From Octopus sinensis (taxonomy: Eukaryota), in contig NC_043017.1 in the NCBI RefSeq assembly GCF_006345805.1, forward strand, positions 18,228,001 through 18,292,000: a DNA stretch of 64,000 nucleotides. The letters run 5' to 3'. Both the position numbers and the translations under genes were made by a program. Positions 50,801 through 63,237 of the stretch are shown here, piece after piece. The notes beneath the pieces are model-generated. The model searched no databases, was not told the DNA's origin, and worked only from the letters and a program-made list of their open reading frames with translations. Positions within the stretch are counted from its first letter, which is position 1. The number at the start of each line of letters is the position of its first letter.

Positions 50801-53578
50801 AGGAGAATACTAGAAACATTTATTGTATGTGACTGAAGTAGAATTAAGTTTGAAATAGCAACCTATGTATCATACTCAAATTATGTACAACATTGAAAAC
50901 CTAATTAAATGTGGAAGCGCAAAGAGGCAGAAAAAAGGATTTAACAATGCCACCATTGCTGCAAGTGCTGAACAACTTTCATTTGCTGCTGCTATATTCC
51001 TGTGTTCTTTAATACTCTATGTCTAGAAGAGAAACTATCTCAGGACAAATACCTTTCATTTGGCTTTCAATGATGATTCTGCTTTGAGTATGATATGCAG
51101 ATTGCTATAGAAACATTACATTCTATATTCCTCATGATAAATAAACTTACTGAACTTTCTTGCCAAACCCTTGTACTGCCACTAGAAAGCCCCAACCCCC
51201 CCCCCCACTACATGGCACCAACTTACTTCTGTCTTGATACCAACAAAGAAGTAGATGTTATACAATATGTCATAGGTTTACCTGTATCTGTACAGACATT
51301 CTGTTGCAGTCTGCTTCTTTAGTTCGAAGTTGTCTTTGAAGATGGCCCCGTGTTTGTTCTACTGATTTCTGAAGACGTTTTAGTGAATTTACTTCTTCCT
51401 GGAACAGAGCAGCAACATATACGTACATTACCCAAATTGACTTCATAGGTATATATTCTACACACCTTAACCCTTTCGTTACTGTATTTATTTTGAGATG
51501 CTCTGTGTTTCTTTCAATTACTTTAAATATAACAAAGAATTTAGTAAAATAACTTAGTTATCATTCAGCTAGTGTTAGGAACATAAATTGTGACTAAGGT
51601 TTGGTGGAAGGTTTTAATTCAAAACTTATGAAAACAAGACATTTGTATTCAGAGCCAGAGCCAGTTTCAGCCTGGTTGGTAACGAAAGGGTTAAACACAT
51701 GCATGCATACACACACACTCATACACAAGAATTCTACACAACGAGCAGGCAATGTTTTGTGTTTGAAGTACAGCCATGGTTCCTATGTAAGCACTGTTAC
51801 CATTATGAAGACAATGGCAGTAGCCATGAGTGCTTTTAGAAGTGACAGACTCATGAAAATCTCTCCAAGAAAAAACAGAGTCAATGAGAGTCTTGAAAAT
51901 ATCCACAGGAGAAGACAGATTATCAGAAGCCAACCAGTAAATGACATCTACCGTAACATGAAGCAGATGTGAGGACATACACAACCGACTCCACATCCAA
52001 CTTCAAGACTATCAAAGACAATTCTTTGGATCATGTGTGCAGTGGTTCTCAAGGAACTCAAATAAGCCATTCATTTCCATAAAGAACCAAAATCTGCATG
52101 TCAACTTCACCAGGTCTCACACAGACTGGACCCTCAACTAGTGCAATCAAGTGAAGTGGATGAATGAACTGAGACCCATTTTGCATCTGATGGCAGGATG
52201 TATGTAAGACTATCATCCGGGTAACAAAGTGAATATCAGCCATTTTAGAAATATCAAGAATGGAAGTGTTGCAACAGCATGGTCTGCAGAGATTTATCAG
52301 CTTCAGATCCTGGCACCATTAACCAAAAAATGTTTGAAGGTTATTGAGAGATGATGGCCTTGGTCTGGTTCTGATGTCTGACAATGATCTCAGATACACT
52401 GTATAGTCAATCAAGGAAAATATTTATTGTAATGATGACGAATTTTTGTAGATAGAAACTGTAAGAAGCCCATCGTATTTAAGTGTGTGTGTGTGTAAAG
52501 GATTCTTACAGTTTCCATTGATCACATTCCTTTACAAAGCATTGGTCAGCCTGAGGTTTTAGCTGAAAAGCATTTTTCCAATGAGCTGCATTGTGAGACT
52601 GGATCTGAAGTTAGATGGCTGGGAGGCAAACACTTGAACGCTTTAGATGCAAAAACTTCATGGTTATCACAGTAATGAAGTTAAATATCTGCCAAAATAT
52701 ACAATTGGTGTTTTCTGAAAGTCATGTTGCCTCAATAAACTTGACCTGTATCAACAGGAAAATAGTCTCAAACATGACATTCATAAACAAAATATAGGTT
52801 GGTGTTTAAAGTTGCTTTCCTGCAGTTCAGGGCTATAGAATTTTGGGTGAATATACTGATTTCTGCAGTAAAAGGGTTAACCCCTTACCCGGCAGAAACG
52901 AATATATGCGTTTTGACCGAAATCGTTTTTTTCCATCTCTGGCGAGTTAACTCGTCAAAGATAGACTCGCCAAAATCGACAGCAAACGAGTTCCTTCGTC
53001 TAAAAACGGGTTAACTCGTTTCTGCCCAATGCGTAATTTAAAATCAATATTATTGATTAAAATTCATAATAAGGTTTGAAATATACCTCGAAATCACCAT
53101 TCAAAACATAGTAAAATAAAACAATTAAAAAATATGTCTGAAAAAATACATTTATTTCAAATAATTGTTGGGTAAGGGGTTAACCATAAAGCCATGCCTG
53201 TATACACACACACACACACACACACACACAGAGAAGAATAAAATAGTAACCTTTTGTTCTGACACAGTGGTTTCTAAATCAGATATAGTTCTGTCCTGAG
53301 TGAACTGGGTAAGAATCATCTTCTGTAAGACAAAACACAGAGAGAATTAGATTTTTATATATATATATATGCGTGTGTGTGTGTATATATATAAGTAAAT
53401 AAATGGAGTTGAATGCAGATGCTATTCAAATTCTTTTACTTTCGACATATGTTTCGAAGACAACATTGGTTTTATTCCTTGTTACTTGCGTGAATTTTGC
53501 TACCCTGCTAACTGTTTATTGAATTTTCCATGTTAACGGTAAACAAAGGATAATTCATTCATCCATTTACATATATAT

Positions 53579-53628
<50 letters not shown>

Positions 53629-53832
53629 TATATATAGTATATATATGTATGTATATATATATATATATGTAATATATGTATGTATATATATATATATATT
53701 ATGTATATATATGTTGTATATATATATATATATGTATATATATGTATGTATATATATATATATATATATATGTATATGTATGTATGTATATATATATATA
53801 TGTATATGTATGTATGTATATATATATATATG

Positions 53833-53864
<32 letters not shown>

Positions 53865-54107
53865 TGTATGTATGTGTGTGTGTGTGTGTGGTGTGTGTGT
53901 GTGTGTGTGTGTGTGTGTGGTGTATGTATGTATGTATGTATGTATGTATGTATATATTTTCTCTCTTTGTTTCTTTCTGTGTTCCTTTCTGTGGAAGATC
54001 GTAAGGTCGAAACGTTAAAGACTTTTTTAAGTTCCTGAGTGTTAAACTAATACATCTGTTTGTTGTCTACATCACTTGTCTTCATCTTTTGTTTTTTTGT
54101 GAATTCT

Positions 54108-54142
<35 letters not shown>

Positions 54143-54294
54143 AGCAACACAAGTGAGGTTTAAACTTACTTATAGCTGTTTTGGTAGCATTTTATTGATG
54201 TCTTCATAGATTATATCATAGCATAAATCCACCCACCTCGGGTAACCTTTTATTGCCATTCGCAACCTTTTCAATATCTTCTCTTCCAGTTTGT

Positions 54295-54339
<45 letters not shown>

Positions 54340-57300
54340 CTCCATATCCAGGATACGCAATGGAAAATTAAATCAAAATAGCCATGTATGTATCATACTT
54401 AATGTATATACTCTGTTGATATTGCAGTATTTGTCCTGAGATAACATCTCAATAAATTTTGAAAAAGAGAGAAAATTTTGTCCAATAAGTAGTTATCTCA
54501 GGACAACTACTGCAGTAAATGGCCTATCGATTGTGTATATATTCATTAATTATGTCACATAGAAAGTCATATAAATATAAAAGTAAAACAGGATTACAAA
54601 ATATAAAAAAAAGGACTGCATTGACCTCTTTTTCCTTTTCAACACCCTGTAGTTTCTGGAACAGCAACCTGTTCTGTTCAGCAACACGTTGTAACCCGAT
54701 TTCTTCAGAATGTCGATCCTGAAGCATCTTCTGAAGGGTTTGGTTAGTAGATTCAAAAGTCGAAAGTTTGTTGAGCAGAGCATCTTTCTGACGAGAGAAC
54801 TTGTAGGCTGTGTCGGACTGGGTTGGTGTCGGCTTGATTTCCTGAAAATAGTTGACCCAAAACCAAATAAAAAAAAACAAAAAACAAACCCATAACATTT
54901 GGTTGACAAACAGAAAAACAGACAAAGAAGAAAAAGAAAGACAGAACAGGACGACGACACATAGTAACCTACTTTTTCTGTCAAGGGCTTATATGTCCCA
55001 TTATTAGACTATTTTCTTTAGTCGTTGTGCAGTGATCGCTTATATGCTTTAAGCTTATAAAATACTATTACTACAGTGATTTCCTTCTTTCTCATATTCT
55101 TTGTGTCTTACCCTTTCATTACTACTTTCTGCTACTGTTGCTTCTCTCTCTCTCATTTCATTTTTTATCTATATATATATATACTCCTCTCTCTCTCTTT
55201 CGGAGAGGCACAAGCACCTACACGCACATATACACACACGGCAGTAACTTCCACCTACCGAATTCAATCACAAAGCTCCGGTCAGCTCAAGGCTATAGTG
55301 GAAGACACCTACCCAAAGTGCCACGCAGTGGGACTGAACCCGAAACCATGTAGCTAGGAAGCAAGCTCCCGAACCACACAACCATGCCCGAAAAGAGGCT
55401 TTGGGTCAAAATTGTGTGCACATTTTGCTACAACAGAGGTTGGCGGCAAGAGCAGTAGTCAGATCGAGCTGAAAATTGACACAGGTATAAAACGCGTGAT
55501 GAGGCAGAGAGTTGAGTAGGTTAAAACTCGCCATCTGGAAAGATGCGGTTGCTATGGTGACAAGAGTGATTTTTTATCGATTCAAGGGGCCTCTAAGTCC
55601 CTCCAGATTGGCACAATTCTCATCTAATCTAATCTATAAAATGAAGGTGAACACTGATACAAATTGGATTTTTATGTAAAAAGGGGTCTAAATGGGGTTG
55701 GAAGGGGATTAAAATTTACAGGAGTGGGTAACTTGAGGTGAGAAATTGATTGGGAGACATTTTGGGGCGCTACAGTGGATGCTTTGCTGTGAAAACGGGG
55801 ATTTTATTGATTTTTGGGGACACTTAGAGGCCTAGATTGGACACCTTTTGCCCGATTTCAATCAAATTGCAACATGGTAAAGTGGAAGCGGATTTGTAAT
55901 TTAAGCATATTGTAATTTCTTTCTCAACTTATTCAAGATCTTTTGTTTTTTATAAATGGGAGAGAGATCAATAGAGAAATATAGAGAGTAAGAGAAAGCG
56001 AGGGAGAGTCTGAGAGAGAGGAAGAGTAAGAGAGTGGGAAAGTGAGAGAGAAAGGAGAGAGAAACAAAGAGGGAGAATGTGGCAATAAGAAACAGAAAGG
56101 AAGCAAGAGAAAGTAACAACCACACCCTCACCTGCACGTAGAGCAGGTCACCTTAAGTTAGTTCTTCTCTAAATCTCTCCAATCTCTAATCTCCTAATCC
56201 AGTCATTCATATGAATTGCCTTTGCCTGGTCAATTTTTGGGTGGATTCTTCAAAGACTCCTTTCCCATTCCACATTCTTTTCCTTCATTTTATGAAACCT
56301 CTTTTATTTGGCTCACTTCTCAGCCAGCATTCAATTACAATCTTGTTCATCTCTTTTTCCCATTTCATTTTTTGCCTTTTGTACTTTTGACTTCAATTCT
56401 GGTCATGATCAGTGGCTTGATGACAACCTACCAGAGCTTGCTCAGACACTGCCTTGCCTGCTGCATGCAACACCTTCACTGTTAACAGTTCTGGTCCCGT
56501 TAGTGCAGTTGTAATTACTATTGGAATTTGACATCACTCATTTAACCCTTTCGTTACTGTATTTATTTTGAGATAATCTCTGTTTCTTTCAATTAATTTT
56601 AAATATAACAAAGAATTTAGTAAAATAACTTCGTTATCATTAAGCTAGTATTAGGAATATAAATTGTGACTAAGGTTTGGTGGAAGATTTTAATTCAAAA
56701 CTTAGGAAAACAAGAGGTTTGTACTACAAAGCCAGAGGCGGTTTCAGCCGGGTTGGTAATGAAAGGGTTAAGGTAGCATTAGTAAGATTGTGCAATCATT
56801 AATATTTTTTATCATGACACCATCACTAGATGGGTTGCCAACAAAGGTTCGGCGAGTCCAAACCTACCTTTATATACACAGCAATCAGCTCCAACCTTAT
56901 TCCCACCGGTGTTTTTATTGAGACACTATCCTCATGAGACAGAATTAACCCAACCAGATGCCAATTTGGTAGTTCAAGGTTTCAAGGTGGGCTTACAGGT
57001 ACCACATCTTGCCCAACGGTGACCTAAAGGTATTTGTGGCTAAAGACAACCTCATTCTTTCTACACCAAGATGCCACAACTGGAAGCCATTTCAAGCCAT
57101 ACTCATGGCATATTATTATTAGTATTATGACTATTTGCTTGCATTATTAGTCAGTGGTGGTGGTGGTAGCACTGTTGTAAACTCCATTGTTCCTTTGGTT
57201 GTTGTTATGGTCAGGTGTTCTATTTTTGTTATTTCTTTGTTGTCATTCTTCTTTTTTTCTAAGGTTGTTGCTGCTGCTGCTGTTGCGGCTGCCCTGTGAA

Positions 57301-57650
57301 GCCATGGTGATTTAGCTGTTGTCTTTGTTGTTTACAGTTGTTATTGGTGTTCATGTCCTTGTATTGACTACTTTTTATAGCCATAAAAAATGAACTGGCA
57401 GTGTTTCAGCCTGCTGCTTTTGCTACTGTTATCTAGGTGTGTGTGTGTGTGTGGGGGGGGGGAGGATTGGTTTTGGTTTGCTGTGTCTGAGTGTAGAGAG
57501 TGAACTTGGCCAACCAGTCATAAAATGTGCACTGGCATATCATTCTAATGAGCTTACATGCTGTTTGATTTGTCTAAAAACTCCCAAGTAGAGGGTGGGG
57601 GGATTTGAGGAGAAGCAGAGGCATGCTAATGATTCTGCCAGCTGACCATC

Positions 57651-57687
<37 letters not shown>

Positions 57688-60600
57688 GGTTTCAAATTTT
57701 TGTACAAGGTCAGCAATTTTGGGGGAGGGGATAAGTTGATTACTTAAGTGGTGCTTCCTTTATTGACCCGAAAGTATGAAAGGCAAAGATGACATTGGAA
57801 ATGCTAACGATTCTGCCAGCTTGCTGCCTTGATGATGATGATGATGATGATAATAATAATAATAATAATGGTTTCAAATTTTTCCACAAGGGCAGCAATT
57901 TTCAGGGAAAAGGATGAATCAATTACATCAACCCCAACTCTTCAACGGGTACTTATTTTATCAACCCAGAAAGGATGAAAGGCAAAGCCAACCTTGGCGG
58001 AATTTGATCTCAGAACAGAGCAATGGGCGAAATACTGCTAAGCATGCTAACGATTCTGCCAGCCCACCGCCTTAACAATGATAATAATAATAAAAATAAT
58101 GATGATAATAAAAAATGACCTCAACCAGTTTTCCAATGGCTAAATTCATCTCCGAGACTAATTTTCCTGCAGCCTGGCCATCCAGCTCAACTTCAATCAG
58201 TTTCCGTGTCAATTTGTCTTTCTCTGAGCATAACTTTTCACACTGAGCTCTGAAAATTGGAAGAAGAGGAAGGGATGAAGAGAAAGAAAAATAAAAAATA
58301 AACAAGAATATAAAATCAGGGAGATGGCTTCTGAAACAATTCATTATTACAGTAAAATTCATTATTATAGTAAAATAATTGTTTCTACTCGAGGCACAAG
58401 GCCAGCAATTTCAGGGGTGGGGTTAGTCAATTACATCGACCCCAGTGTCCAACTGAAACTTATTTTATAGACCCTGGAGGGGTGAAAGGAAAAGTTAACC
58501 TCAAAAGAATTTGAACTGAAGACATGACGACAGATGAAATGCCATGAAGTATTTTATCCAGCATGCAAACGATTCTGCCTTGAAACAGATAAATATTATT
58601 AAAATGTAATAATGGAGGATCCATTATAACATAAAAACGAAATTAAAGTTGGATATTAACAAAAGTGTTTATTAAATAAACTGCAAGTATTTGAAGTGTG
58701 GGTTTATAGAAGACATTTGCGAATATCCTGGAAAAGAACATGAAACCAACAGAGAAGAGTTAAGAATGGTAAAAACTAAGGAAATTTTATTGGAAGGAAT
58801 CAAAGAGAGACAGGGAAATATTTTGGATACTTTTGTATGCTTTGCATGGGTTGGACAGGATTTATTGAGGGAGATTTTCTATAGCTGGGCCAGTCAATGA
58901 CATCAACTCCAGTGTTTCACTGGTCCTTATTTCGTCAACCCCAAAAAGGATGAAAGGCAAAAATCAACTTTGGTGGGATTTGAACTCAGAATGTAAAGCT
59001 GAAAGAAATGCAGCTGGATCATGCAAGAGCTGGAGTTAACAACAGGGAGGATTACATGAGATAAGGTAGTCCTTGATACACTGTGTCTGAATAATGAAAA
59101 GATAGTCAGTGATGGAACATCTTGGATCATATGTCTGCTGGATCAGGACTGACCTGGAGTTAAACAACATCATCATCATCATTTAGCGTCCGCTTTCCAT
59201 GCTAGCATGGGTTGGACGGTTCAACTGGGGTCTGGGAAGCCAGAAGGCTGCACCAGGCCCAGTTTGATCTGGCAATGTTTCTACGGCTGGATGCCCTTCC
59301 TAACGCCAACCACTCCGTGAGTGTAGTGGGTGCTTTTTACGTGCCAGACGGGGCTGGCAAACGGCCACGGTCGGATGGTGCTTTTTACGTGCCACCGGCA
59401 CGGAACGTGTCTAAGGTACACTGTGTTTGAATAAAAGACGTGATGGCCACAGCTGGAACGTTTTTGAACATAGGACTATCTGGATCAGAACTGATCAGAG
59501 GTTAAAGAACAACACCTAAAGTCACTGCCAGTAACATTATGTCCGATTAAAAGAGACGATTTTGCAGTTGAGGCATCTTTGATCATTGGTCTGTCAGGTT
59601 AAGGCTGACCTGGGGTTAAACACCACCATCACTACACACCTCAAAAACATACATACTACCACTACCTATTTCTTTATTACCCACAAGGGGCTAAACACAG
59701 AGGGGACAAACAAGGACAGACATAGGTATTAAGTCGATTACATCGACCCCAGTGCGTAACTGGTACTTAATTTATCGACCCCGAAAGGATGAAAGGCAAA
59801 GTCGACCTCGGCGGAATTTGAACTCACAACGGCAGACGAAATACCGCTAAGCATTTCGCCCGGCGTGCTAACGTTTCTGCCAGCTCGCCGCCTACTACCA
59901 CAACAACACCACCACTTACTTCTTCTCTTCAGCAACCTCTTTCAGTTGGTTCAAATTCTGTCGAAGAACTCGATTCTCATTTGAGGAAGCGTCCAGCTCA
60001 CCACAAATGGTTTTCAGCTGATCAGCGTGTTCCTCCATCATCTTCCTGCGAGTCTCCAACATGCTACCATTTTTCTCAATATCATGCAAGGCTTTCTGTA
60101 GATCCACCTAGACACACAGACAAAACAGCAAAAGCAGAAGAATCTCTCTTAATGAAATTCGGGTTAGTGTTAAGGGGGAAGAAATTTGCATATGGCAGCC
60201 ATGTGATCTCCACTTCAATCTCTGCTTGAAGAGATTGAAGAGTCAAGTGGGAGTAGATGGAAACTGTGTGGAAGCCTGACAAATGATGGATAACACTTCT
60301 AGGGTTACAATAAGAGCTGTGTTTCTTTATTTGTCAATCACATGCTGCCCTCAGATCAAGAGAATTTTCAGGTAGTTATTTGGAGAAATGATGCCAGGAG
60401 GGCAAAAGACAAATTTGACTCTGGTGGGATTTGAAATCCAATTGTAAAGAACCAGAACAGATAAAACACAAGACGTTTTGTTCACCACTCTAACAGTGAA
60501 TTATCTCAGTTCACTGGCTGAGATATTAAATTAGCTAACAAGAAATAATAAACTGTAGGGAGAGGGAGAGAGAGAGAGAGAGAGAAATAGATAGAGATAG

Positions 60601-63152
60601 ATAGATAGAGATAAATAGATATGTAGATAGATAGATATGTAGATAACTTTTTATTGTAGCCACACAGGGCTAAACACAGAAAAATGGACGAAATACAATG
60701 TAGAATTTTTTCTTTTCGAGGTGGGATGGGTGGGGCACAAAAAAAAAACAAAAAACATATAGATATGTAGATAGATAGAGATAGATAGATATGTAGATAG
60801 ATAGATAGATATGTAGATAGATAGATAGATATGTAGATAGATGGATAGATAGATAGATAGATATGTAGATAGATGGATAGATAGATAGATATGTAGATAG
60901 ATAGATAGATAGATATGTAGATAGATGGATAGATAGATAGATATGTAGATAGATAGATAGATAGATAGATAGATATGTAGATAGATAGATAGATAGATAT
61001 GTAGATAGATAGATAGATAGATATGTAGATAGATAGTAGATAGATAGATATAGATAGATAGATATGTAGATAACTTTTTATTGTAGCCACACAGGGCTAA
61101 ACACAGAAAAATGGACGAAATACAATGTAGAATTTTTTCTTTTCGAGGTGGGATGGGTGGGGCACAAAAAAAAAAACAAAAAACATATAGATATGTAGAT
61201 AGATAGATAGAGATAGATAGATATGTAGATAGATAGATAGATATGTAGATAGATAGATAGATATGTAGATAGATGATAGATAGATAGATATGTAGATAGA
61301 TAGATAGATATGTAGATAGATAGATAGATATGTAGATAGATAGATAGATAGATAGATATGTAGATAGATGATAGATAGATAGATATGTAGATAGATAGAT
61401 AGATAGATATGTAGATAGATAGATATGTAGATAACTTTTTATTGTAGCCACACAGGGCTAAACACAGAAAAATGGACGAAATACAATGTAGAATTTTTTC
61501 TTTTCGAGGTGGGATGGGTGGGGCACAAAAAAAAAACAAAAAACATATAGATATGTAGATAGATAGAGATAGATAGATATGTAGATAGATAGATAGATAT
61601 GTAGATAGATAGATAGATATGTAGATAGATAGATAGATAGATAGATATGTAGATAGATAGATAGATATGTAGATAGATAGATAGATATGTAGATAGATAG
61701 ATAGATAGATAGATATGTAGATAGATAGATAGATAGATATGTAGATAGATAGATAGATAGATAGATAGATATGCAGATACATAGGTGTATGAATAAGAAG
61801 TCTACTTCCCAACCAAATGGTTTGACTTTCATTTCTTGGGGGCATGGTACCTTTGAGAAGTGCCTTCTACTATTACAAGCCTTACAAGTGGATTAGGTAG
61901 ACAAAAACCGAAAGAAGCTAGTCATCATCATCACCATCATCATCTTTTATTGTCTACTTTTCCATGCTTGTAAGGGTCAACTGGGGTGCCCTTCCTGTCA
62001 CCAACCCTCATCTGTTTCCAAGCAAGGTAGTGTTTCCCCATAGCAAGACAGGTCTTCTGTGGAAGATTGGAAATGAACAACACTGCTTGTATAATAGGGA
62101 TGCTTGTTTACAACCAGCACGTGGGGTCATGACAAGGGGACACACAAACACATGTGACCCTTGGCTATTTTCAGTTCATGTCCACTAAATCCACTCACTA
62201 AGCTCTGCTTTGTCTGGGACTACAGGGGAAGATATTTGGCCAAGGTGATACACACTGGAATTGAACCTAAAACCAGGCAGTTTTGAAGCAAGCTTTTTAA
62301 CCATACAGCCATGCCTGCACCCCCAAATGTGTATGTGTGTGTTTGTACATGTTTGTGTTCATGTGTATGTGTATATATTTGTGTGTGTGTGTCTGCTTGT
62401 CTGCATATTGTTTGTGTATTTTTGTGTGCATTTGTATGTGTGTGTGTGTGTGTGTGTGTGTGAGTGCATGCATGTGAGTGTCTCTCCTTGTCTTGTCATC
62501 TCACACTAATTGTTGGAAAACATCACCATCATACAAGCAGCAGCATCTGTTTGCAATCTGCAAAGAAAACATGTCTATCCCTTGTGCTTTTCGTGTTTGA
62601 AGGACTGGGGAGGAAAAAAAGTCCCTTTAATTGAAAACAAGCGAGGATTGATGACAAGAAACACATCCTCAATGAATTTCACCTGACCAATGCAAACATA
62701 AAAAAAAAAGGATTTAAACAGTGATGATGATGATGATGATGATAACTAGAAATACTTATGTAATGAGACATCTACCTAAATACACTGACAAGTGGAGGCA
62801 AATTAGTTGTAACTCATATTTAATATTAGGTCAGTCTGGGGAGTAGACAAATAGTTGAGTTAGTGTTAATCTATTTAACAATGGGCAACCACAAACAATG
62901 ATGTGGTGAAAGAGAGAAAGAGACAGCCATCAGGTAGATAAATGGAAGTTAGGTGGGGAGAGAAATAATTTAAGTAGGCTTCCATTAACATACTTGATAA
63001 ATGGGGCATTACGTATTGAATTAGGAAAATACCTGCGGGTGGGAAAAAAGACAATAATTCCTATATCACTCCCTTACAAATATAGTGTACATCTATAAAT
63101 ACACACACACACATTATACATATATATACACATACATACACACACACATATA

Positions 63153-63237
<85 letters not shown>

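Noticed and set aside
53440-53462. Minus-strand cttcgaaacatatgtc resembling a hammerhead 3' half
   Set aside because: No CUGANGA or helix II partner found upstream; at most a Penelope remnant.
60506-61845. YLSI-repeat ORFs of 194-266 aa
   Set aside because: Translation of (GATA)n and the triplicated block; no splice or coding signal.
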